Shown piece after piece: positions 8,457 through 20,200 of a stretch of DNA of 64,000 bases. The notes under the pieces were generated by a model, which made no database searches, was not told where the DNA came from, and saw only the letters and a program-made list of their open reading frames with translations. Position 1 is the first letter of the stretch, and each line of letters begins with the position of its first letter. The DNA is from Candidatus Latescibacterota bacterium. Lineage in GTDB: Bacteria > Latescibacterota > UBA2968 > GCA-2709665. The stretch spans positions 2,560,001 to 2,624,000 of the forward strand of contig OZ220733.1 of NCBI GenBank assembly GCA_965116875.1. Reading direction: 5' to 3'. The translations under genes were made by a program, and so were the position numbers.

Positions 8457-11400
8457 ATGATGCGCCATCTCAATTCATCCACGTCTGCGCCCGGCACTGC
8501 GAGTATGCTGTGTTTGCTGTTTTTCGCGGTTCCTTGGTCGCTGTCCTCGCAGACTGTCGGGTTTTCGCTCTCGTTGGACATGAACGAAGCTGCGGGCGAC
8601 CAATCCGTGTCCTCGCTCGACCTCCTTCCCGATCACCCCTTCTCGATACAAATCTTCGGTGCGGAAATTCAGGACGCCACTGGAATTTCCGCGCGCTTGC
8701 GTTTCGACGCATCCCAGGTCACGTACGAGGGCTTCGACCCGGGTGACGTGCTGCCCGGCGGCCAGGTCGTCGTACAGCAGGATACAACGTCGGTCCAGGT
8801 CGGCGTGTCGACGTTGAGCGGATCGGCATCTGTAAACACCGGCTATGTGGGCACGCTGCGTTTCCGAACGACGGCTGCATTCTCTGATACAGAGATCTGG
8901 CTTGTAGACGCGGCACTTACCCGCGGCGGGCAGACCGAGACGATCTCGCCCGCCATCGGCGTGACGCTGCAGATTGCCGCGGCTCCTTCACCGGACTTCG
9001 ACGGCAACGGCCTGGTGGGTTTTTCCGACTTCGTGGCGTTCGCGGGCAGCTTCGGTTCACAGCGGGGCGATAGTAAGTTTGATGCGAGATACGATCTTAA
9101 CGGCGACGGTGGCATCGGTTTCGACGACTATCTGGTCTTCGCCAGCAGATTCGGCGAAGAGGCCAACCGGGCGCCGGTGTTTGGCGCCGTGCCTCCGGTT
9201 CGGCGTACCGTGGCCGAAAACACGGCGGCCGGTGAACCCATCGGCGACCCTGTGACGGCCACGGACGCCGACGGCGATTCCCTGACGTACCGTCTGCGCG
9301 GCGTACACGCGGACAGCTTTGCCATCGAGGCGGGCACGGGCCAGCTGCTGACAAGAGAGGGGGTTGTCTACGACCACGAGGCCAGGGACGCCTACTCCGT
9401 CACGGTGTGGGCAAGCGACGGTCAGGGGGGCCGCGCCACGATTGTGGTGGGCATCATGGTTACCGACGTGGACGAACCGCCCACCACGGCCCCGGACAGT
9501 GTGGCGGTGGCCTCACTCGACAGCGCCTTATCTGTAACGTGGCTTGCGGCGATGGACGAAGCGGGCAAGCCTCCCGTTAGCGGGTATGAGGTGGGGCACA
9601 AGCAGGCGGAGGCCGAGGCGTGGCCGGAGGAACTGCTGCTGGTGGAAAGGCGCGCGGATACGGGCGTGACGATACCGGGTCTGACCAACGAGCAGGCGTA
9701 TCACGTGCGTGTGCGCACAATGAACGAGGAGGGTGGCAGCCCCTGGTCGGAGACCGTTGCCGGGGCCCCCACGGCGGGTCCGCGGCCCAGGGGCGTGGTC
9801 CGCGACCTGAGGGTGGACGTCGACAGCGTCGCGCAGGTGTACCTGGCCCGCCTGTTCACACGGCCCGCCCTCGGGACGCTGACGTATGACGCGTCGTCGT
9901 CCAACGAGGGGGTGGCCACGGTGACGGTCTCGGATACGCTGGCGGCGGTACGCGGCGTGCGGGCCGGGCGCGCGACCCTCACGGCCACGGCCCGGGACGT
10001 GCACGGCAACAGCGCCCAGACGACCTTCTTCGTCATCGTAACGGGAACGGGGCCGCCACCGGGATCCGGCGGCGGTGGGGGCGCCGGCCCCGTCGGACCG
10101 TTCGTGCCGCCAACGCCGCCTCAGCCACCTCAGCGGCCAACGCCGCCTCAGCCGCCTCAAACGCCAGCGAACAATCGCGCGCCGACGTTCGTCGACGGTT
10201 CGACCACGTCGCGAAGTGTGCCTGAGAACACCCCCGCGCGTCAGCCGATACAGCACCCTGTTCGCGCTACTGATCTCGATCAACACCAGCTAACGTATAC
10301 ACTCTCGGGCCCGGATTCTGAGCGATTTGCCCTGGACACGGATACCGGTCAACTGCGCACGCGGCCGGGCGTGATCTACAACCACGAGGCAGCAGACCAC
10401 CATTCGGTTACGCTTAAGGCCGACGATAGCAACGGCGGCACGGCAACAATTGACGTTACGATCCATGTGACCGACGTAGACGAACCGCCGGCGCGGCCCC
10501 CGGCGCCTCGATTGACGGTCCCGGACACCGGTTCACCAGCAATCATCGTGTCGCCCGACCCAGAACCGCCGGCGAATACAGGACCGAGAATCACGCTCTG
10601 GGAAATACAGCATCGCAGCGGGAATACCGGAGAATTCAACATCTACAACCCGGATCCCGAGCCCGACTGGTCCAAATCCGATTGGGAGGCCACAATCACA
10701 GGCTTGAACAGAGACGCAACCTACGAGGTACAGGTACGCGCGAGAAATGACGAAGGGGAGAGTGGGTGGTCTCCTTCGGCCGAGGCAACGATCTCCAATC
10801 AGTCCCCGATTGCCGAGGGTTCCATCCAGGACATATCGCTTCCGGTGGGTGGTCTCACGGAGATTGTATCCGTGGACGGCACGTTTCGCGATCCCGATGA
10901 CGACGGAATGACCTATACGGCAACGTCGAGCAACGCGGCTGCCGCGTCGGTCAAAGTCATGAATACCAACGTTTTGGTCCAACCCCTGTCCGCGGACACC
11001 GTGGATATTACGGTGACGGCGACCGATCCGTGGGGGGCGTCCGGCTCGACGACGTTTACCGCCAGCGTTCAGGCGCCCGCGCTGTCGGCTCTCACGGTAA
11101 GCATCAGCGGAGACCGCGTCACATTCGAATTCACCGACGATTTCAACGCCAACGAGACCCGGGCATACCGGTTCAGAATCAGGCAGAAGGAGCCGACCGG
11201 TAGTTGGGCGACCGGCTGCTTCACGGAAACCAACGATGAGAATTCCGCGAAGACTGTCATGGTCGCCGTTGAGGATGAGGTCTCCGATTTCTTTATGTCC
11301 GGAACCACATACGAAGCAGACTTTGGATATCTGGGGACGAATTGTAACGCCGACTTGACGGGCGTACGCTCTGCGGCAGCCGAGGCGAGAGCCGCCGGAA

Positions 11401-12275
11401 CATCTTCCTTCGATATCGAGCTTGTCTTTGTCAGCAGTGTCCCCGCAGAATACCGGTCGGCGTTTGAAACTGCCGCGCGGCGCTGGGAGCAGATCATCAT
11501 CGGGGAGGTCCCGAACCATGATCTGTCATCCGCCGCCCGCGCCGTGTTGGAATACCTCTATCCGGGGACCACCTCTCCCACGGTTGTCGACGATCTTTTG
11601 ATCTACGTTGAGACTCCCGCGATTGACGGTGTCGGCGGTGCGCTTGCCGCGGCGAGACGCCTCGTATGGCGGGTCCCGTCGTCCCTTCCCGTCGCAAGCG
11701 GCATCAGACTCGACAGGAACGACCTTGACGCCATGACGGATCAGAAGCGCTCTGCCGTCATTCTTCACGAGATCGGCCATGCGTTGGGATTCGGACTTGA
11801 GTCATGGACGGACCTCAACCTCCTGAAAAATGCGTCTCTCGATAGCGACAACACCCCGATAACGCCCGCCCTCGATACGTATTTCGCGGGTAAAAAGGCG
11901 ATTTCCGCGTTCAATGCGGCGGGAGGATCCACGTACAGCGGCAAAAAAGTCCCGGTAGAGAATTCGGGTGGCGCCGGCAGCCGGGACAGTCACTGGCGGG
12001 AATCCGTATTCGCGAATGAACTCATGACGTCCACCGTGAACAGTAACGTCACGCAGCCACTAAGCGCAATCACGATCCAGTCGTTGGCAGACATAGGCTA
12101 CGGCGTCGACTCATTACAAGCGGATTCGTACACCTTGCCTTCCTCCTCTTCCAAGATTGCAATTGAGTCCGACGGGCTGAACCTGCTCAACTGCGTGGAA
12201 ACGCACCCACTTGCCGGACCCGATGAACCTGATCCCAAAATCCTCAATCTGCGGAAGGCGGGCGGCCACGAATGA
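8457..12275 (+). CDS. Secreted modular protein: cohesin-like, dockerin-like, cadherin, FN3, Ig-like, Pro-rich linker, cadherin, FN3, Ig-like, unknown beta domain, leishmanolysin (M8)-like zinc peptidase
   Basis: Start placed at ATGATG 8457 by similarity to paralog 12802/12805; NRAPVF...ATDADGD cadherin motifs; HEIGHALGF...DSHWRE...NELMT. Confidence 0.88.
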   Translation: MMRHLNSSTSAPGTASMLCLLFFAVPWSLSSQTVGFSLSLDMNEAAGDQSVSSLDLLPDHPFSIQIFGAEIQDATGISARLRFDASQVTYEGFDPGDVLPGGQVVVQQDTTSVQVGVSTLSGSASVNTGYVGTLRFRTTAAFSDTEIWLVDAALTRGGQTETISPAIGVTLQIAAAPSPDFDGNGLVGFSDFVAFAGSFGSQRGDSKFDARYDLNGDGGIGFDDYLVFASRFGEEANRAPVFGAVPPVRRTVAENTAAGEPIGDPVTATDADGDSLTYRLRGVHADSFAIEAGTGQLLTREGVVYDHEARDAYSVTVWASDGQGGRATIVVGIMVTDVDEPPTTAPDSVAVASLDSALSVTWLAAMDEAGKPPVSGYEVGHKQAEAEAWPEELLLVERRADTGVTIPGLTNEQAYHVRVRTMNEEGGSPWSETVAGAPTAGPRPRGVVRDLRVDVDSVAQVYLARLFTRPALGTLTYDASSSNEGVATVTVSDTLAAVRGVRAGRATLTATARDVHGNSAQTTFFVIVTGTGPPPGSGGGGGAGPVGPFVPPTPPQPPQRPTPPQPPQTPANNRAPTFVDGSTTSRSVPENTPARQPIQHPVRATDLDQHQLTYTLSGPDSERFALDTDTGQLRTRPGVIYNHEAADHHSVTLKADDSNGGTATIDVTIHVTDVDEPPARPPAPRLTVPDTGSPAIIVSPDPEPPANTGPRITLWEIQHRSGNTGEFNIYNPDPEPDWSKSDWEATITGLNRDATYEVQVRARNDEGESGWSPSAEATISNQSPIAEGSIQDISLPVGGLTEIVSVDGTFRDPDDDGMTYTATSSNAAAASVKVMNTNVLVQPLSADTVDITVTATDPWGASGSTTFTASVQAPALSALTVSISGDRVTFEFTDDFNANETRAYRFRIRQKEPTGSWATGCFTETNDENSAKTVMVAVEDEVSDFFMSGTTYEADFGYLGTNCNADLTGVRSAAAEARAAGTSSFDIELVFVSSVPAEYRSAFETAARRWEQIIIGEVPNHDLSSAARAVLEYLYPGTTSPTVVDDLLIYVETPAIDGVGGALAAARRLVWRVPSSLPVASGIRLDRNDLDAMTDQKRSAVILHEIGHALGFGLESWTDLNLLKNASLDSDNTPITPALDTYFAGKKAISAFNAAGGSTYSGKKVPVENSGGAGSRDSHWRESVFANELMTSTVNSNVTQPLSAITIQSLADIGYGVDSLQADSYTLPSSSSKIAIESDGLNLLNCVETHPLAGPDEPDPKILNLRKAGGHE

Positions 12276-12804
12276 ATGATGTGGATACCTGCTCTTCGGG
12301 CGCGACCACGGCAGCACCGAATGCGGTCAATCGAATGCGGCGCCCGAAAACGACCGGACACAGTATGCAATGACCATCCGACCAAAACGTCTGTCGCTCA
12401 TTCGCCGATACTGTCTTCCTGAGGAGGCCTCCAGGCCGACGAAGGAACTTCTGCGGCATGGGTTCATCCCAGAGCGTCTGGAATTCGCTCCAACTTAAAA
12501 TGCGGCACGTCCCGTAACTGGGCTGCGCTAAAGAATCATGAGAAAATTTATCGTAGGCATCTTGACCTGTATGGGTTACGCGATTGTTATCGCAATTGTC
12601 TATTTTCTGGCTTGGTGGTTTGTTGGTGGATTTCTCGATAATTGAGCAAAGCACATCCAAAGTTGGAGTTGCCGCGGTCTTATCGGGGGTGTAACGCTTG
12701 CAGGACAAGACCATGTCTTTATATCCCTGACGATAACCGTCGCTCGATTGACCATTCGGTTCACTATTGCCTCTGATTCCACTTATAGCCAGATCGCTTT
12801 CGTG

Positions 12805-13395
12805 ATGCGTCATCACAAATCAACCACGTTGGAGCTTGGTGTTGCGGGTCTTCTATGCCTGTTCGTGCTTCCCTGGCCGCCGTCGACGCAGCCCAGTGGT
12901 TTTTCCCTCACGCTGGACCTGGACGCCGCTGAAGGTGACCAGTCTGTCTCTTCGCTTGACCTCCTTCCCGATCAGCCGTTCTCAATACAAATCTTCGGTG
13001 CGGACATCCAGGGCGCCACCGGATTGTTCGCGCGCATCCGTTTCGACACATCCCAGGTCGCGTACGAGGGCTTCGATGCCGGCGATGCACTGCCCGGCGT
13101 CGATGCCGTCGTACAGCAGGATTCCACGTCCCTCACCGTCGGCGTCTCTTCCCTGAGTGATTCCGCATCGGTGAACGCGGGTCGGATCGGTACGGTGCGC
13201 TTCCGTACCACGGCTTCGTTCTCCGATACAGAGATCTGGCTCATTGACGCGGAGCTTACTCGCGGCGAACAGACTGGGACGATCGCGCCGCTCCAGAGCC
13301 GGTCGAGGAAATCCCGCCACGGCAGGATCAGAATCTGGAAATACCCCTTCGCGGTGGGCGCGCTCACGCAGCATTCCGAGGCAATTGTGTTGTAA
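12805..13395 (+). pseudogene. Truncated paralog (signal peptide + cohesin-like domain), cut just before the dockerin and joined to AAA-gene sequence
   Basis: GFSLTLDLDAAEGDQSVSSLDLLPDQPFSIQIFG...TEIWLIDAELTRG matches genes 8457 and 14278; similarity stops at about 13290. Confidence 0.85.
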
Positions 13396-13615
13396 TTGAT
13401 TACCTCCAGCCGGCGATACACGTCGGCCAGCAGGAGGTCGTAACGCCTGGCCCGGGGATATAGCGTGCGGATGAGCGTACTCTTGCCGGTCTGACGCGGA
13501 CCCCACAAAAAACACGTCTGTTGTTCCGTAAAATCTAAATTTAATATTCGATTATAAATGAATATCTAATATAGAGATTTAGATATTCAAATCAATCCGA
13601 ATCTTTGAGACCGTG
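13276..13615 (-). pseudogene. Internally deleted, near-identical copy of the AAA+/DUF4143 gene and its upstream region
   Basis: 13276-13334 = 898-956; 13335-13402 = 1377-1444; 13407-13615 = 1896-2105; start ATG changed to ATT. Confidence 0.93.
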
Positions 13616-13868
13616 CCTGGAGCGGCTTTGAATGTCTTGCAGATGCACCGGTTTCCTCATGTTTCCGAAATATTCAACTGGCCGATCCATCTCCGGCAGG
13701 CGGCATAACCGGTTGATTTGATCTGTCGTCTAAGCCGCGCGACCGATTCCGTTCTTTCCTCCCGATTGAACTCCCGACTATCCAGGCTCTTGGCCACACT
13801 GACGTTTCCGGAACCAGCCAGGAAACTCCTCGTAAGACCAATCACTTCAACTTCCGCCACGCCAGGAT

Positions 13869-13930
13869 ATCACGAAAAATACACAAATAGTACGAAAAAT
13901 ACTTCCTTATATCACAAATTATCGTATATT
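13869..13930. promoter_or_regulatory. AT-rich phased repeats upstream of the giant gene
   Basis: ATCACGAAAAA (identical to 26162-26172); ACGAAAAATAC twice, 20 bp apart; further tcac at 13912. Confidence 0.5.
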
Positions 13931-14277
13931 CGCTCCAAATTGACATGTTTATTTCGCAATAATTCGTAACGGGAACGGCCATACCGGTACTCTGGACCCC
14001 TCCTGACGCCCGCGGACCGCCTGCGACGTCCCGGTGTGGACTGCTATCGATATCACAGTGTCTCCGGCACATCCAATCACGCTGCGGGAGATGAGAATGC
14101 AGATGAGTCCGGCGGCGTGTTAAACGGGACGTTGGAAACCGGATCTAATCGTTTCGTGGGGAGCACATCATCGGCTAGCCGTGAACGAAAGCGATTACAG
14201 GCAGTTGGAGATACAGGAAGATGTTATGCCTTTGGCCGTAGTCGACATGCGAAACGACATGCGCAGACCTCAGATGG

Positions 14278-17200
14278 ATGGATAACCGAACCGTGCTACC
14301 GGAGAATGACGTCGGAATACAACGTCTCGCCCCCGGCGTCCTCATTCTGCTTTGCCTGTTGTTGTTCGTGCTTCCCTGGTCACCGTCAACGCAGCCCAGC
14401 GGTTTTTCCCTCACGCTGGACCTGGACGCCGCGGCGGGCGACCAGAGCGTCCCCTCGCTCGACCTCCTTCCCGATCAGTCTTTCTCTATCCAGATCTTCG
14501 GCACGGATATCCAGGGCGCCACAGGTGTCTCTATCCGCTTGCGTTTCGACGCATCTCAGGTCACCTACGAGGGCATCGATGCCGGCGACGCGCTGCCGTA
14601 CGCCCAGGAGGTCGCAGAGGAGGACTCCTCGTCGGTCCGAATAGGTGTCTCTTCGCTGACCGGTTCCGCAACTAAAAGCTCCGGTTGGATCGGCACGCTG
14701 CGATTCCGAACGACGGACGCATTCTCTGATACAGAGATTTGGCTGGTGGATGCCGAGCTTACCCGTGCCGGGCAGACCGAGACGATCTCGCCCGCCGTGG
14801 GTGTGGCACTGCAGGTGGCCGCACCGCCGTCGCCTGACTTCGACGGCAACGGGGTGGTGGGCTTCTCGGACTTCGTGGCGTTCGCGGGCCTCTTCGGTGC
14901 GCGGCGCGGCGACGGCAAGTACGTGGCGGCGTACGATCTGGACGGCGACGGCGGCATCGGCTTCGACGACTTTGTGGTCTTCGCCAGCAGCTTCGGCGCA
15001 GAGGCCAACCGCGCACCGGTGTTTAGCGTATCGACGCCGGTAGCGCGCACCATGGAAGAGAACACGGCGGCGGGAGAGCCCATCGGGGATCCCGTGTCGG
15101 CCACGGACGCTGACGGCGACTCCCTGACGTACCGCCTGCGCGGCGTACACGCGGACAGCTTTTCCATCGAGGCGGGCACGGGTCAACTGCTGACAAGAGA
15201 GGGGGTTGCCTACGACCACGAGGCCAGGAACACCTACTCCGTGACGGTGCGGGCCAGCGACGGTCAGGGCGGCCGCGCCACGATTGTGGCGGGCATCACG
15301 GTCACGGACGTGGACGAACCGCCCACCGCGGCGCCGGACAGCGTGGCGGTGGCCTCACTCGACAGCGCCCTTTCCGTAACGTGGCTTGCGGCGATGGACG
15401 AAGCGGGCAGGCCTCCCGTGAGCGGATACGAGGTGGGGCACAAGCAGGCGGATGCCGAGGCGTGGCCGGAGGGAATGCTGCTGGTGGAAGGGCGCACTGA
15501 TACGGGCGTGACGATACCGGGTCTGACCAACGAGCAGGCGTATCACGTGCGTGTGCGCACAATGAACGAGGAGGGAGGGAGCCCCTGGTCGGAGACCGTT
15601 GCCGGCGCGCCCACGGCGGGTCCGCGGCCCAGGGGTGTGGTCCGCGACCTGAAGGTGGACGTCGACAGCGTCGCGCAGGTGAACCTGGCCGGCCTGTTCA
15701 CACGTCCCGCTCTCGGGACGCTGACGTATGACGCGACGTCGTCCAACGAGGGGGTGGCCACGGTGACCGTATCGGATACGCTGGCGGCGGTACGCGGCGT
15801 GCGGGCCGGGCGCGCGACCCTCACGGCCACGGCCGGTGACGTGCACGGCAACAGCGCACAGACGACCTTCGGCGTCATCGTAACGGGAACGGGGCCGCCA
15901 CCGGGAACCGGCGGCGGTGGGGGTGGCGGCCCCGTCGGACCGATAGGACCATTCGTGCCGCCAACTCCGCCTCAGCCACCTCAGCCGCCTGCCAACAATC
16001 GCGCGCCAACCTTCGACGACGGGGGCAGCACGGCGCGCACCGTGGCGGAGAACACACCCGCGCGCCGTCCCATACAGCATCCAGTGCGCGCCACCGACCC
16101 GGACGGACACCGGGTGACGTACAGGTTATCGGGGCCGGACTCCGCCAGCTTCTCAGTAGACACGGGCAGCGGGCAGTTGCGCACGTTGTCGGGCGTCACG
16201 TACGACTTCGAGGATAACGACCGCTATTCCGTTGACCTGGAAGGCAGCGACCCCTATGGCGAATCGGCAACGATCGGCGTGACCATCCACGTGGCGGACG
16301 TGAATGAACCGCCGGAGATTCCCGCCGCGCCTTTGGTACAACCGGCCTCCACGACGAGCCTGACGGTGACGTGGGACGCTCCCGACAACACGGGTCCCGA
16401 CATCACGGACTACGACGTTCAATACCGGAAGAGCGGCAGCTTCCTCCCCCATACGCACGACGGGCCGGGTACGAGTGCGACGATCAGCGACCTCGACGTG
16501 AATACCCGGTACGAGGTGCAGGTGCGTGCAACCAACGACGAAGGCACCTCCCAGTATTCCCGCTCCGGCTTCGGCACCACGAGTGCCAACCTGCCTCCGG
16601 TGTTCGCCGAGGGTCGGAGCACGACGCGCGAAGTCGCTGAGAATACCACCGGTGTACTGGACCTGGGCTCCCCGGTCAGCGCAACCGATCCGGAGAACAC
16701 CGCGGTGACGTACCGCCTCACCCGCGGCGACGTGGAGAGTTTTGACATCGACGCGAATACCGGTCAGCTTCAGACCGCCGATGACGTCGACTACGACTTC
16801 GAGACGAAGAATCGTTACTCGGTCACGGTGGAAGCGCAGGACGAGCAGGGCGGGCTGGCGACCATTACGGTGACCATCAACGTGACCGACGACGACAGCG
16901 AAGACCCGGAAGCGCCGGACAGGCCCACGGTCACCGCACAGACGCTGAGCAGCCTGTCCATTCGCTGGACGGCGCCTGCCAACACGGGTCCGGCCATCAA
17001 CGACTACGACGTGCAATACAGACAGGGAAGCAGCGGCTCTTTCTCCCCGTGGACGCACGACGGGCCAAGCACGACCACGACCGTCACCGGCCTGAACCCG
17101 AACACCGCGTACCAGGTGCAGGTGCTGGCGCGTTCTCCCGAAGGGGAAAGCTCCTGGTCTGCGTCGGCAGATGCCAGGACCGTGGCCAACCGCGCGCCCA

Positions 17201-20200
17201 CGTTCAACGAGGGCACGAGCACCACGCGCTCGCTGGTGGAGAACACCACGGGGACGAACGATATCGGCAATCCCCTAAACGCCAGGGATCACGACGGCGG
17301 CACGCTAACCTACGCCCTGGAAGGCACGGACCGGGCCGCCTTCGCCCTTGACGGCAACCAGCTGCAGACGTTTACCGGACAGACCTACGACTTCGAGGCG
17401 AAACCCCGATATGACGTCATCGTCCGCGTTGAAGACGGGCAGGGCGGCAGCAACACCATTGCGGTCAGGATCAATCTGACGGACCAGCAGGAGAAACCGG
17501 GCACGCCTGACGCGCCGGACGTCGCCGCGGCCTCGTCCACCAGCCTGGAGGTGACGTGGGACGAACCCGCAAACACCGGCCCCGACGTCAACGACTACGA
17601 CGTGCAGTACCGGCAAGGGGAAAGCGGCGGCTTCCGTTCCTGGGCGCACAACAGCACCGAGCGCACCGCCACCATCACGGCCCTGGTCCCGGACTCCTCC
17701 TACCAGGTGCAGGTGCTGGCGCGGTCTCCCGAAGGCACGAGCGACTGGTCAGAGTCGGGCACGGGAAGCACCGACCCCAATCAACCGCCTGAATTTACCG
17801 ACGGAAACAGCGCCACGCGCACCCTGGCGGAGAACACGACGGGCGTGAAGGACATCGGCGATCCGGTGTCCGCCACCGACGCCGAGATGACAACACCGAC
17901 CTACGCCCTGGAAGGCACGCATGCGGATTCTTTTTCGATCGACACCCGCAGCGGACAGCTCAAGACCCGATCGGGCAGGACCTACGATTTCGAGGCACTG
18001 TCCCGCTATTCGGTCAGTGTCAAAGCCACGGACGGCCACGGCGGCGAGGGCAGCATCCCCGTGTCCATCGACCTGACGGATCTGAACGAGGTTCCCGTGT
18101 TCACCGGGGAGGCGACGCTGGAGGCGGCGGAGAATCAGTCCTTCGCCGGGACGGTCGCCGCCGCCGACCCGGACATGGGCGATGCCATCACGGACTACAC
18201 GATTACGGCAGGCAGCGACCGCGCCAGACTCGACATCAGCAGCACGGGCGCGCTGACCTTCAGGGATGACCCGGACTTCGAGCGTCCCGTGGACGCGGGA
18301 AGCAACAACAGATACGTCGTACAGATCACCGTCACAGGCGGGTCGGGCGGTCGCGCGCTGACGGCCGCGCAGACGGTTACGGTCAACGTCACCGACGAGA
18401 ACGAGCCGCCCCACTTCACCAGCGCGGATACATTCGCAATCAAGGAAAACGTACAACTGGCAGGGCGGCTGGCCGCGCAGGACGTGGACAGGGACGATGG
18501 TATCACTGGATACACCGTCTCCGGCGGTGCGGACAGAGATGACTTCGAAATCAAAAACACGAGGGAGCTGCACTTCAAAGAGGATCCCGACTTCGAGCGG
18601 CCGGCGGACGCGGAGGGCGACAACGAGTACACCGTCCAGGTGGAGGTGACGGGCGGTGCGGACACACGGGCGCTGACGGCGACGCAGACCATCACCGTGA
18701 CTGTGGAGGACGACGTGGAGCCACCGGGCAAGCCCGCCCCGCCCGTGGTGAGCGACACCACGGAGAGCAGCCTCACGGTGCGCTGGGACGAGCCCGACAA
18801 CACCGGTCCGGAACTCACGAACTATTTCCTGCAGTACCGTGACACCGGTTCGTTCACCGCTTCTCCTGACAGCAGCACGACGCGTAACCGAACGCTCTCC
18901 AATCTCCGCGCGGGCAGGACCTATCAGTTCCAGGTGCAGGCAAAAAACGACGAAGGCACGGGGCCCTGGTCCAATATTGGCAGCGGGACCACGCTCACGG
19001 CCCCGACAGTATCGAATATCGCTTTCTCCTCCACGCCGCCGTCGGGACAGAACAGCACATACAAGAAGGACGACGTGATCGACGTCACTGTCACCTTTAC
19101 CGAGGCGGTGACCGTCACTGGCACGCCGCAGATCGACCTCACCATCGGATCCATCGTGCGCGGGGCGGACTACAAGAGCGGATCGACGACGACCCAACTT
19201 CTGTTCCGGTACACGGTCACAGACATCGACGAGGACACCAACGGCGCGACCATCAACGCCAACGGCCTTAAACTCAACGGCGGCAGCATCGTCCGGAGCA
19301 ATTCCACCATCAATGCCGACCTGGCGCACGCCGCCCGCGCCAATCAGTCCAGCCACAATGTCGACGGCAAAGCGCCGACCCCCACCAAAGCCGAAGTGGA
19401 TGGCGACGAACTGACCCTCACGTACGGAGAAAGGCTCGACGTCGCTTCGAGGCCGGCGGCCGGGGATTTCGCTGTGACCGTAGACAGCGAGGCGCGAAGC
19501 GTTACCGCGGTGGTCATGAGCAATACCGCATTGACACTCACCCTCGCCTCGGCCGTGAGTACGGGCGAGACGGTGGCGCTGGCCTACACCCCGGGGGCCA
19601 ACCCGATCCGTGACCGGGCGCGGAACCCCGCCGGCACGCTGAGCAACCTGGCGGTGACCAACCTCCAGGACGTCTGCAACCGCACCGCGCAGGTGCGGGA
19701 CGAGATTGTGGATGAAGCAGGGGTCAGCGCCTGCGGCGACGTAACTGCGGACCATCTGGCCGCGATCACCCGCCTCTCCCTGAGCGACGAGAGCATCTCC
19801 ACGCTGAAAGCCGGCGACTTTGCCGGGCTGACGAGCCTGGAGACACTCTACCTGTCAGACAACAGCATCAGCACCCTGCCGGCGAACATCTTCTCCGACC
19901 TGTCGGCCCTGGAAGAGCTCTACCTCAAGCAGAACAACCTCTCCAACCTCGGAGCGAACACGTTCTCGGGACTGACCTCCCTGTCATCTCTCGACATGTC
20001 CTTCAGCCAGCTCGGCGACTTCGACGCCGGCCTGTTCTCCGGGCTGACGTCCCTGACCCATCTCGATCTGCTGAGCGCAGGTATCTTCAACCTGCCGGCC
20101 AACGGCTTCTCCGCGTTGACGGCGCTGGAGACACTCATCCTTCGAAGCAACCCCCTGGGCGACCTCGCCGCCGACGAATTCTCCGGATTGTCGGGGCTGG

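Noticed and set aside
12244-12816. 190-aa minus-strand ORF in the spacer
   Set aside because: No recognisable motif, atypical composition, and it overlaps both neighbouring genes; cannot be supported.
17749-19755. Long minus-strand ORF (668 aa) and similar ones (20551-21831, 7343-8581, 52853-54151, 60932-62293)
   Set aside because: Shadow ORFs expected opposite GC3-rich genes; no recognisable motifs.
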